From: an uncultured Candidatus Saccharibacteria bacterium
Lineage (GTDB): Bacteria; Patescibacteriota; Saccharimonadia; UBA4664; CAZOQX01
DNA: 64,000 bases
NCBI GenBank assembly: GCA_964582465.1
Contig: CAZOQX010000001.1
Span: 89,214 to 153,213, forward strand
Reading direction: 5' to 3'
How positions within the stretch are numbered: position 1 is the first letter of the stretch; each line of letters starts with the position of its first letter. The notes under the pieces were generated by a model, which did not search any database, had not been told where the DNA came from, and saw only the letters and a list, made by a program, of their open reading frames with translations. The position numbers and the translations under genes are program-made. Shown here in pieces: positions 26,239 to 34,514 of this stretch.

Positions 26239-29000
26239 TAGCTAGCTCCTGTTCTAGTTGAGGCTACCGTGCGGGTAACGGCCGTAGACCTTGTTGTGGC
26301 TGGGGTGTGTGGTATAGCGGATGGCCGGACGGTACTTGATGTAATACCAGTGGCGTTAGAAAGAGTGCCGTGGTAGGCCAACACGGGGATGCGAGTACCG
26401 GTGACAGTACAATCGGTAATGGAGTTGAAAGCCGAGGACCAAGTGCCAGAAGTGCCGAGACCGACAGTGTATCCCTGTCCGGGAGTGCTCGAATTGAAGG
26501 TAATAGCCTTTGTTGAAGTCCCTAAACTTATGATGTTTGATACGTTAGTAGTGCTTCCTGCGAATGTAGTAACAGTTGTTCCTGCTGGGATATAGATATT
26601 GTGAAAATTTCTACCGGGTGCACCCGTAGAAGTTCCAAAATTGATAACACCAGTTCCTCCAGCAAATCTCAAGTCGTATAAGGTAAATGCTCCCAAGACA
26701 AGAGTCTTCTGAGTAGAGGTCGTGTTGGCAATGATGATTTCTGACGTTGATGGGTTAACCGTAAGATTAGTAACCCCAGAAACGGTAAAAACAGTTCCCG
26801 TTGCCGTTAGTATCAGCTTACCCGATCCCATATTAAAGACTGTTCCTGCTACTGTAGGGGATGAGGAGAAGCCACCACAAGTAAAGTTATGGTTGTTCAT
26901 ACTAAAAGTTCCTGAGTTAAATCCAGAAGCAGAGGCAGAGTTTGAGACAAAGTCATCCTGAAGGGTATACGAACCTGCTAGGGCGTTTATTGACAGTACA
27001 CCCGTCCAAGTTACCCCACTTGAAGTGATTGTGTGCGCACCACGGCCTCTTAATATCTGGCTTTGGCCACCCGAAAAAGTCATGCCCGATCTTAAGGTGA
27101 TACTCCCATAATAAGAGGGGCCGCCCGATACAACAGCGGCGCTTGACAAGGTAAACGCCACAGTTGACCCCGAGCAATCAACATTGGCGCCAATATGGTT
27201 CATTTCGATTGTGACAGTTTTACTGGCCGTTCCCATATTGATAAAGACGTTATCTTGAGGCAGCGGAATACGAGAAGTCCACGAAGTTACAGCTGACCAG
27301 TTGGCGCTGGTTTTATTTATAGATACGGTAGCGGCATTGGCTGAGGATTCAGTAAACGAGAGGGCGTCTACAGATTGAGCCGTAAAGTCAGCATTAAAAA
27401 CGGGTGTCCCCGCCCCTGATCCTAAGGCTGAGCCATAGATTTTAGCATTGTAAACATTCCCTTTCAAAAGAGCATTCGTGCCGGCTGTATTAGAGCCAAC
27501 CTCCAAAATGCTAGTAGTATCTGCGATAGTAGCTACCCCCACCGTTGTAATTGTCGTCCCAAGCTGAGTCCATGTAGAGCCGTCATCTGACATATAAAAA
27601 TTACAGACTCTGTGTCCAGCACCGTCGTTTAACGTTAGCGAGCCTCGTAACCATTTAGTGGAGCCATCTGCCAGGCCAGTCGCGACACTTGATATATTAT
27701 TTAGAAAGTTAGTCCCATCGGCTGATGTTCTCATTTGGAGTGTCCCCGCAACCAGAACTTCCAAGCCATAAGCGAACTGACCAGAAACTGCTACCTTAGC
27801 AACGGTCTCGTTATTTGCTGCCGGTGTCCAGTCGTCCAGTGATACTTTGACGTCTATTGTAATATCAGTTGTTATCGATAGAGCTGCTGAGTCGGGAGCC
27901 GAAACATAACCACCCGACACACCATTTAACCTCAAGCTTGTACCCGTTAGTTGGGCTTGCCCATAGTATTGGGTAACTGGCGAAGGGAAAGTGATGCCGG
28001 AATTTCCTAGGCAATCTCCGAGCAAAGTTCCGGTTAAACTGCCCGCAGAACCAGTGATGATAATATCCATAAAATCAACATACTGGTGGGCACCGTGTGA
28101 GCCATTGACGGTAATGGTTGTAGTTTGGCCAGCAGTACCAGAAAAAACAAGAACTCGGTTTATGGCAGAGTTGCCACTTAATGTAAACGTGCCCGTGACG
28201 GTAATTGCCCCTGTAATTTGAAGACCAAACCCTTTATTGACCGGGCCAGTGTAGGTGAAATTTGTGATGGTTGGGCCAGATGAGACGGTTTGGGTGGCAT
28301 TGGCTAATCCGAAAGAGACAGTGCCATAAGTCATACCCGCCCCGCCCGAAAAGACATTGGAGCCATTTCCGTTTAAGTTAATGGTTGAAGAGGCGGCAGA
28401 CAGCGTAAGGTTTCCTACATTTGTCATCGACCAACTGCCTGAGCTGTTGTTTAGCAAAATCGTGGAAGTTCCGACAGTGATTGACCTGACGTCAGTTGTG
28501 GTTGACGTGAAGGACTTTAAGGTCATATTGAAGTTGGCGGTGTTGAAGGTTCCTTTGTTGACGTTAAAGGTCGTCGAAGAGATGAAGGCATCCTGGAGGG
28601 TAACCGTTCCGCCATTGGTTGACCCTGTAAAACCGATGGCGATAGGACAAGACCAGGTTTTTGTAGCCGTAGTTAAGGCACAGGTTCCGCCCGATGCTGC
28701 AATAGTAATAGTACCTGCATAGGTCATCGTCCCCATCGTGGAAGCCAAAGTTAAATCACCCCGTACTGTTAGATTGAAGGTCCCCGCGAATATGCCGGTA
28801 TAACCGGTGCCACCAGCAAAGGTGAGACTGGCACAGTCGGCGGCCTGGTTGACGGTTACGGTGCCGCCACCGGAAGAGCTATCAAAAGTTACAGGGTCAG
28901 TCGAAACTGGCACCGAAAAACCGCTAGAACCACCAGACGAATCCGACCAGTGAGCCGTATCGCTCCAGTTACCGGTACCGCCAACCCAAAAGCGCGCCAT
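26238..29000 (-). CDS. Giant paralogous beta-helix-like protein (920 aa) with LamG-like insert, paralog 1
   Basis: N-terminus MARFWVGGTGNWSDTAHWSDSSGGSSGFSVPVSTDPVTF. LamG-like segment LRLNGVSGGYVSAPDSAALSITTDITIDVKVSLDDWT. C-terminal TRTGAS tail. Confidence 0.8.
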   Translation of the reverse strand: MARFWVGGTGNWSDTAHWSDSSGGSSGFSVPVSTDPVTFDSSSGGGTVTVNQAADCASLTFAGGTGYTGIFAGTFNLTVRGDLTLASTMGTMTYAGTITIAASGGTCALTTATKTWSCPIAIGFTGSTNGGTVTLQDAFISSTTFNVNKGTFNTANFNMTLKSFTSTTTDVRSITVGTSTILLNNSSGSWSMTNVGNLTLSAASSTINLNGNGSNVFSGGAGMTYGTVSFGLANATQTVSSGPTITNFTYTGPVNKGFGLQITGAITVTGTFTLSGNSAINRVLVFSGTAGQTTTITVNGSHGAHQYVDFMDIIITGSAGSLTGTLLGDCLGNSGITFPSPVTQYYGQAQLTGTSLRLNGVSGGYVSAPDSAALSITTDITIDVKVSLDDWTPAANNETVAKVAVSGQFAYGLEVLVAGTLQMRTSADGTNFLNNISSVATGLADGSTKWLRGSLTLNDGAGHRVCNFYMSDDGSTWTQLGTTITTVGVATIADTTSILEVGSNTAGTNALLKGNVYNAKIYGSALGSGAGTPVFNADFTAQSVDALSFTESSANAATVSINKTSANWSAVTSWTSRIPLPQDNVFINMGTASKTVTIEMNHIGANVDCSGSTVAFTLSSAAVVSGGPSYYGSITLRSGMTFSGGQSQILRGRGAHTITSSGVTWTGVLSINALAGSYTLQDDFVSNSASASGFNSGTFSMNNHNFTCGGFSSSPTVAGTVFNMGSGKLILTATGTVFTVSGVTNLTVNPSTSEIIIANTTSTQKTLVLGAFTLYDLRFAGGTGVINFGTSTGAPGRNFHNIYIPAGTTVTTFAGSTTNVSNIISLGTSTKAITFNSSTPGQGYTVGLGTSGTWSSAFNSITDCTVTGTRIPVLAYHGTLSNATGITSSTVRPSAIPHTPATTRSTAVTRTVASTRTGAS

Positions 29001-29049
29001 TAGCTGGCTCCTGCTCTGGTGTTAGGTGACACCAAGGTAACCACGAGGC

Positions 29050-30630
29050 CTACCTATAACTGATCGTGACGTTGACGTCTGCCGTGGTGGTAAAGTCGGC
29101 GTAAAGTCCCGTATTAAATTTACTGTTAATAGTAACTGAGAGCGGCATGAAGAAGGTCGTCGTAAAAGCGGTTGAAAATATCTTAGTGCCAGAGTTGGTG
29201 GTGTTATCGTAAATATCCAAGTTTCCAGCGGTGGGAGCGGAGTCGTTACAAGCAAAGGTGATGGTGTGAATGAAGCCGGCACCCGATTTGATGAGTGTAT
29301 CGGCAGTCACCATGTTGTAGCTCATCTGCTGCTCGACCTTCATGACGTCGTTGGTTTGGTCTTCGCCGGCCACCTTAGTGGCTTGGGTGACGTACAGGGC
29401 ACCGTTAGCGTCTACCTGGAAGGGTTCGTAATCGCCGTTAGTGTTGCCAGCCGAAAGGTCGGTAGGGGTGGATTGGCGGATACCCAGTACCATAAAGCCA
29501 GTGTCGCCGGAGGTGTGGGCCGCATCCTCATTCTTGGCTGCGGCCAGACGAATACGACCGGCTGAGTCAACCGCTATCGGCGAATAGTCACCGTCAGTAT
29601 CGGTCAGGGTGATGGCGTTATCATTTCTGACACCCAGGCTCATCACTCCGGTATCACCGGAAACGTGGGGAGCGTCTTCGGCTTTACCGAGATTGGCTGC
29701 ACCAGTGCCGGGGGTAACGGACCCGGTAGCATTAGATTTAATGTTTACATCAAGTGCATTGCTAGTTGAGCCAATGACGTTGCCGGAGCCGTCAACTACC
29801 TGAGTTTTTTGGCTACCATCAGACTGCTTGGCGCTAGTGGAGGCACCGGTGGGGAGCGAAACTGTTCCGGAAACATTATTAACATTCCAAGTGCCTGATT
29901 GCGTAGCAGCAACGGTGCCGTCAACGGTAATTGAGTTGCCGCCATCTTGAATGTTGACGGCGTTAGCTCCAGAGCCATTATTAACCTTTGTTCCTACGTC
30001 AGTCTGGTCGCTGGCAATTACAACTGGTGTTGATCCGGCCATGTTGGCCTGCCCCTTGTCGGGAGTTTTGGTATCGATTGAATCCAGCGAAGTATTGCCA
30101 ACATCTTGCTTAGCTTCGGTAGCGGCTCCACTGGGTAGGTCCACACTAGCATCCACTTGCACTTTGCCGTCTTTAACGGTTCCGGCGAGGGTTCCCAGCT
30201 TGGTGTTGCCGTCGTTTTGCTTTTCTTCCGTCGCAGGGTTAATGCGCCCGCCAGCAGCGTTTTTCAGGCCAACCACACCACTAACTGTGCCACCGGAATC
30301 ACTAGGCTGCCAAGTTGATGTACTAGAATCGTAAGCCAGTACTTGACCGCCGCGGGGAGTAATGTCGGCTAAACTTTGGCCGCGCAAGCTCAAGGCGTCG
30401 CGAGCATTTCTTAAAGCAGCTCGAACCTCGGGTGATAAATCAGATACCGGAACACCATCTGCCGGCTTGGTGTACTTCCGCCGAACGTTACTTTCGACGT
30501 CGACGAGACCCGCTACTCCGATTATACCCAATGCGCCGAGACCAAGCTTGGCTAAGAAATCCTTACGACTGAGTGGTTGGTTGATTTGCTCGGGTAGATC
30601 AGGAAGGTGTTGCGAGAAACTCGGTTCCAT
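29050..30630 (-). CDS. Repetitive fibre-like Thr/Ser/Gly/Asp-rich protein (526 aa) with a Tat-like N-terminal signal; first gene of the giant-protein operon
   Basis: N-terminus ...LSRKDFLAKLGLGALGIIGVAGLV is an S-R-K-x-F-L Tat-like n-region plus h-region. Repeated xTE(A/E)KQ(D/N)xGNT motifs. Two ~50-aa tandem repeats (DAPHVSGDTGVMSLGVR... / DAAHTSGDTGFMVLGIR...). Confidence 0.7.
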   Translation of the reverse strand: MEPSFSQHLPDLPEQINQPLSRKDFLAKLGLGALGIIGVAGLVDVESNVRRKYTKPADGVPVSDLSPEVRAALRNARDALSLRGQSLADITPRGGQVLAYDSSTSTWQPSDSGGTVSGVVGLKNAAGGRINPATEEKQNDGNTKLGTLAGTVKDGKVQVDASVDLPSGAATEAKQDVGNTSLDSIDTKTPDKGQANMAGSTPVVIASDQTDVGTKVNNGSGANAVNIQDGGNSITVDGTVAATQSGTWNVNNVSGTVSLPTGASTSAKQSDGSQKTQVVDGSGNVIGSTSNALDVNIKSNATGSVTPGTGAANLGKAEDAPHVSGDTGVMSLGVRNDNAITLTDTDGDYSPIAVDSAGRIRLAAAKNEDAAHTSGDTGFMVLGIRQSTPTDLSAGNTNGDYEPFQVDANGALYVTQATKVAGEDQTNDVMKVEQQMSYNMVTADTLIKSGAGFIHTITFACNDSAPTAGNLDIYDNTTNSGTKIFSTAFTTTFFMPLSVTINSKFNTGLYADFTTTADVNVTISYR

Positions 30631-30657
30631 TAAACCCCACGCTTAATGCTTACGTTA

Positions 30658-30687
30658 AGTATAAAAGTTTTTATGCTTATAATGCAA
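30658..30687 (-). promoter_or_regulatory. Candidate promoter for the minus-strand giant-protein operon (TTGCAT-N18-TATACT read on the minus strand)
   Basis: Hexamers read by eye in the divergent intergenic region between 30630 and lepA. Confidence 0.35.
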
Positions 30688-30761
30688 ATCTTTTTGCCTA
30701 GCCGTAAGCATTTGGTGTTGAAGGTTTTGCCTAATATTTTTTGACTAGCTATGCTAGAGCC

Positions 30762-32543
30762 ATGGATCAATCCAAAATCAGAAACTTTTGCATCATTGCT
30801 CACATCGATCACGGCAAATCGACCCTGGCTGATCGCATGCTGGAGCTTACGGGCACGGTGGCCGCGCGCGACATGCATGCCCAGCTGCTTGATACGATGG
30901 AGTTGGAGCAAGAAAAGGGCATTACGATTAAACTTCAACCGGTCCAGATGGACTGGCAGGGGCACACGCTGAATCTCATTGATACGCCGGGCCACGTGGA
31001 TTTTAGTTATGAGGTGTCGCGTTCGCTGGCAGCGGTCGAGGGGGCGATTCTGGTGGTGGATGCGGCGCAGGGCATACAGGCACAGACCCTCGCCAACGTT
31101 TATTTGGCCATTGACGCTGGGCTTACTATTATTCCGGTGGTAAATAAAATCGATTTGCCAGCGGCGGAACCGGACAAGGTTACGACCGAAATTTGCCGCT
31201 TGCTGGACTGTCGTCCGGAGGAGGTTCTACGAGTTTCTGCGAAACAAGGCACCGGCGTCGAGGCACTGCTTGACCGCGTAGTCGCCAAAGTCCCGGCGCC
31301 TAAAGGAAATCCAGATTCGCCTCTAAAAGCGTTAGTATTTGATTCGATTTATGATGATTATCGCGGCGTTATTTCATACCTGCGGCTCGTGGACGGGAGT
31401 TTGAAAGGCAACCAGATCATTCGCCTGATGGTCAGTGGCGCGGAGGGCCTGGCCGGAGAAGTCGGCGTGTTTAAGCCCAAAATGACACCGGCCCCAAGTC
31501 TGAGTGCCGGAGACATTGGTTACGTCGTCACCAACCTAAGATCGGTCAGTCAGGCGCGGGTGGGTGACACGGTAACGCTCGCGCCAGCTCCTGCCGCCGA
31601 GCCGCTGCCGGGGTACCAAGCCGTAAAGCCGTTTGTCTACGCCGGCTTTTTTGCGAGCTCTGGCGATCAGTATCCCTTGCTCAAAGATGCCTTGAGTAAG
31701 CTAGCGCTGAACGATGCCGCCCTATCTTACACCCAAGAGAACTCGCAAATTTTGGGTTTTGGCTTCCGAGTGGGCTTTTTAGGTCTGCTGCATCTGGAAA
31801 TCATTAAAGAGCGGCTGGAACGGGAATACAGTTTGGATTTGGTAGTGACCAATCCTTCGACCGACTATGAAGTAAGAACCACTGATGGCGGCAAGCTCAA
31901 GATTAAATCGGCGGCCGAGTTACCCGACCCCAGTACGATTGCGGAAATTCTCGAGCCTTGGATTACCGGCGAAATCGTGGTGCCGAGCCAGTACGTCGGC
32001 GCCGTGATTCAGCTGGTGACCGGCATTCGTGGGCGGCAAAAGGATTTGAGCTATTTTGATGACACCTTGGCACTGATTAAATTTGAAGCCCCGCTCGCTA
32101 ATGTTTTGACGGATTTTTATGATGCTCTGAAAAGTACCACTAGTGGTTACGGTTCATTTAGTTACGATCTAGCCGACTACCGTCCAGAGAAACTCGTGCG
32201 ACTGGATACCCTGGTGGCTGGCCAACTAATTGATAGTTTGAGTCGGATTGTGCATGCCGAGGAGGCTTACCGCGTGGGCCAGCGCACACTCGATACACTC
32301 AAAGAAGTCATTCCGCGCCAACTATTTGAGGTAACCTTGCAAGCGGCCATTGGCGGTAAGATTATTGCTCGGGAAGATATTAAACCGCTGGGCAAAAATG
32401 TCACGGCAAAACTCTACGGCGGCGACGTAACCCGCAAGCGCAAGTTGCTGGAGAAGCAAAAGGCTGGTAAAAAGCGCATGAAGCGGGTTGGCAAAATCGA
32501 TATTCCCAACGAAGCCTTCATGGTGCTGGTGAGGAAAGATTGA
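30762..32543 (+). CDS. lepA: Elongation factor 4 (LepA)
   Basis: MDQSKIRNFCIIAHIDHGKSTLADR G1 motif. DTPGHVDF, NKID. C-terminal LepA domain. The ORF-track start at 30741 is probably upstream of the true ATG at 30762. Confidence 0.95.
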   Translation: MDQSKIRNFCIIAHIDHGKSTLADRMLELTGTVAARDMHAQLLDTMELEQEKGITIKLQPVQMDWQGHTLNLIDTPGHVDFSYEVSRSLAAVEGAILVVDAAQGIQAQTLANVYLAIDAGLTIIPVVNKIDLPAAEPDKVTTEICRLLDCRPEEVLRVSAKQGTGVEALLDRVVAKVPAPKGNPDSPLKALVFDSIYDDYRGVISYLRLVDGSLKGNQIIRLMVSGAEGLAGEVGVFKPKMTPAPSLSAGDIGYVVTNLRSVSQARVGDTVTLAPAPAAEPLPGYQAVKPFVYAGFFASSGDQYPLLKDALSKLALNDAALSYTQENSQILGFGFRVGFLGLLHLEIIKERLEREYSLDLVVTNPSTDYEVRTTDGGKLKIKSAAELPDPSTIAEILEPWITGEIVVPSQYVGAVIQLVTGIRGRQKDLSYFDDTLALIKFEAPLANVLTDFYDALKSTTSGYGSFSYDLADYRPEKLVRLDTLVAGQLIDSLSRIVHAEEAYRVGQRTLDTLKEVIPRQLFEVTLQAAIGGKIIAREDIKPLGKNVTAKLYGGDVTRKRKLLEKQKAGKKRMKRVGKIDIPNEAFMVLVRKD

Positions 32544-33250
32544 TAAGGGCGGCGGATGTGCAGGCTGAGCTGCGGAAGCTGGCGCGTCCGGAGACAGCTG
32601 AGTTTGCTGCACGATTTTTTAAAACAGGCCCCGGACAGTATGGTGAAGGCGATCAATTCCTCGGTCTGAAGGTGCCGGAGCAACGCGCGGTGGCTCGAAA
32701 GTTCAAAGACTTGAGTTTGGCCGAATGTGAAAAGTTGCTGCAGAGTCCGGTACATGAAGACAGATTAACGAGCCTTTTAATATTGGTGGGCCAGTTTAAA
32801 AGAGGCGACCAGAAAGCTCATCAGCAAATTTACGAAATTTATCTGGCAAACACAGACTGGGTGAACAACTGGGACTTAGTTGATAGTTCGGCCGGGTACA
32901 TCGTGGGTAGCTATCTGGAGCACCGCGATCGGTCGGTGCTGGAACGTTTGGCCCGGTCCGATAGCTTGTGGGAGCGACGGGTTGCGATTATTGCGACCTT
33001 TTACTTCATTATGCAAGGCGATTCGGAATGGACATTCAAAATTGCGACAATTCTGCTGCGCGACCAAGAGGACCTAATCCACAAAGCCGTTGGTTGGATG
33101 CTGCGCGAAGTGGGGAAGCGCTGTTCGCGGCAGGTTGAAGAGGAATTTTTGCGAGCGCACTACAAGCAGATGCCACGCACCATGCTCAGGTACTCAATTG
33201 AGCACTTTTCTCCAACCGAACGCCAGGCCTACCTAGCCGGCACGGTTTAG
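32540..33250 (+). CDS. DNA alkylation repair glycosylase, AlkD/AlkC-like HEAT-repeat family
   Basis: 236 aa. Pattern matches the DNA_alkylation family: ...WVNNWDLVDSSAGYIVGSY...WERRVAII.... Confidence 0.7.
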   Translation: MIRAADVQAELRKLARPETAEFAARFFKTGPGQYGEGDQFLGLKVPEQRAVARKFKDLSLAECEKLLQSPVHEDRLTSLLILVGQFKRGDQKAHQQIYEIYLANTDWVNNWDLVDSSAGYIVGSYLEHRDRSVLERLARSDSLWERRVAIIATFYFIMQGDSEWTFKIATILLRDQEDLIHKAVGWMLREVGKRCSRQVEEEFLRAHYKQMPRTMLRYSIEHFSPTERQAYLAGTV

Positions 33251-33260
33251 GCCAGTCGCG

Positions 33261-33287
33261 TTAGCACTCTTGACTAGTGAGTGCTAA
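33261..33287 (+). promoter_or_regulatory. CIRCE operator (HrcA binding site), perfect consensus TTAGCACTC-N9-GAGTGCTAA
   Basis: Exact 9-N9-9 inverted repeat. Overlapping TTGACT(33270..33275)-N17-TAGTAT promoter. Second half-site TTAGCACTG at 33306. Confidence 0.9.
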
Positions 33288-33319
33288 TTTAATAGTATCT
33301 GTTTATTAGCACTGAAAGG

Positions 33320-34036
33320 GTGAAAGTGCCAATGTCGCCCAGACAAGAGCAAATTTTAAGGACCATCGTTGAAACCTATTCGGCCACAGCCGAACCAGTG
33401 AGCTCGCAGTTTCTCAGCGAGCGCTTTAACGTGTCTTCGGCTACGGTTCGCAACGACATGGCCGTGCTGGAGCGAGGTGATTATATTACTCACCAGCATA
33501 CATCGGCCGGGCGCATCCCTACGGAGCGAGCTTACCGCTGGTATGTGAACCATTTGAATCAAGATCAGACTACTCCCCAAGCTGGCCACGCCGCTCAAGC
33601 GATCGAGCGCCGCATTCGCGATATTGATGTGGCCGAAGAGGCAATTAAAGAGGCCACGGAATCGCTTTCGAAGGTCACAGGTAACCTGGCCGTCGCCACG
33701 CTGCCCGGGCAAGTTTACCGCTACGGCCTGTCGAATTTAATGAGTCAGCCCGAGTTTATGAGTTTTCAGCGTTTGCACGAAATGGCGCGGATTGTTGATT
33801 ACCTAGACGACTGGATGGGCGACCTGGAGTTAACGAGCCCGATCGATGTTTTGATTGGCCGCGACAACCCGCTGGGCAAACTCAGTAATACCAGCGCCAT
33901 CATCGCGCAGTTCCGCTCGCCCTTCAGTGAGCAGAGCTACATTGGCCTAATTGGTCCGGTGCGCCAGAATTATCCCTACGTGATGCATTTAGTCGAGCAC
34001 GTTGGCCGAGCTCTGGAGGAGGCGATCAATGAGTGA
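33320..34036 (+). CDS. hrcA: Heat-inducible transcription repressor HrcA
   Basis: Winged-helix N-terminus MSPRQEQILRTIVETYSATAEPVSSQFL. CIRCE immediately upstream. First gene of the dnaK operon. Confidence 0.85.
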   Translation: MKVPMSPRQEQILRTIVETYSATAEPVSSQFLSERFNVSSATVRNDMAVLERGDYITHQHTSAGRIPTERAYRWYVNHLNQDQTTPQAGHAAQAIERRIRDIDVAEEAIKEATESLSKVTGNLAVATLPGQVYRYGLSNLMSQPEFMSFQRLHEMARIVDYLDDWMGDLELTSPIDVLIGRDNPLGKLSNTSAIIAQFRSPFSEQSYIGLIGPVRQNYPYVMHLVEHVGRALEEAINE

Positions 34037-34514
34037 AAATAAACTAACTCCGGCCGAGCTCGAACAATCCAACCGCGAGCTGAGTGAAAAGCTCGACGAG
34101 GTAGCGAACTTCCTACAGCGTGAGCGGGCTGATTTTCTCAACTTTCGCCGCCGTAGTGAGGAAGAGCGCGCCGAAATATCCAACCTGGTTAAACAAGAAT
34201 TGGTGTTAACACTTCTGCCCTTGTTGGATAATTTGAGCCGGGCCGCTTCACACTTGCCGCCGGGCTTAGCCGAGGACAATTGGGCCAAGGGCGTGGTGCA
34301 GATCGGCCGTCAGGCTGAGGCAGTGCTAGAGGATTTGGGCGTGACAAAAATCGAGACGTTGGGCCAGCCCTTCGACCCCGCCGTGCACGAGGCTTTAAGC
34401 AGCGATGGCACAGGCGACCAAGTGGTAGAAGAGCTTGCCCCGGGTTACCAGGTGGGCGAGACGGTCCTTAGACCGGCAATGGTAAAAGTAGGCAAAAGAA
34501 AGGGAGAAAAATAA
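34029..34514 (+). CDS. grpE: Nucleotide exchange factor GrpE
   Basis: Coiled-coil N-terminus. [10 protein letters not shown] motif. ATG overlapping the hrcA stop (ATGAGTGA). GGAGGAGG RBS. Confidence 0.85.
   Translation: MSENKLTPAELEQSNRELSEKLDEVANFLQRERADFLNFRRRSEEERAEISNLVKQELVLTLLPLLDNLSRAASHLPPGLAEDNWAKGVVQIGRQAEAVLEDLGVTKIETLGQPFDPAVHEALSSDGTGDQVVEELAPGYQVGETVLRPAMVKVGKRKGEK

Noticed and set aside
13365-28722. Many 60-140 aa ORFs on the plus strand inside the giant minus-strand genes (e.g. 13365..13709, 15677..15949, 16448..16750, 19759..20043, 22152..22400, 25346..25717, 28357..28722)
   Set aside because: They are antisense to Thr/Ser/Gly/Asn-rich coding sequence, giving Val/Pro/Ala-rich open frames. 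They have no RBSs, and they tile long, continuous, motif-rich minus-strand genes.
12974-29000. Possibility that the ~2-3.4-kb tandem repeats are a CRISPR array or non-coding satellite
   Set aside because: The repeat units are whole protein-coding paralogs with intact long ORFs and conserved protein motifs. There are no short direct repeats with unique spacers. No CRISPR array is present anywhere in the window.
30721-30761. Possible lepA promoter TTGCCT-N17-TATGCT ending 6 nt before the ATG, which would imply a leaderless transcript
   Set aside because: Hexamers are only moderately matched. With no RBS and no leader I could not decide between the 30741 and 30762 starts. Not reported as a feature.
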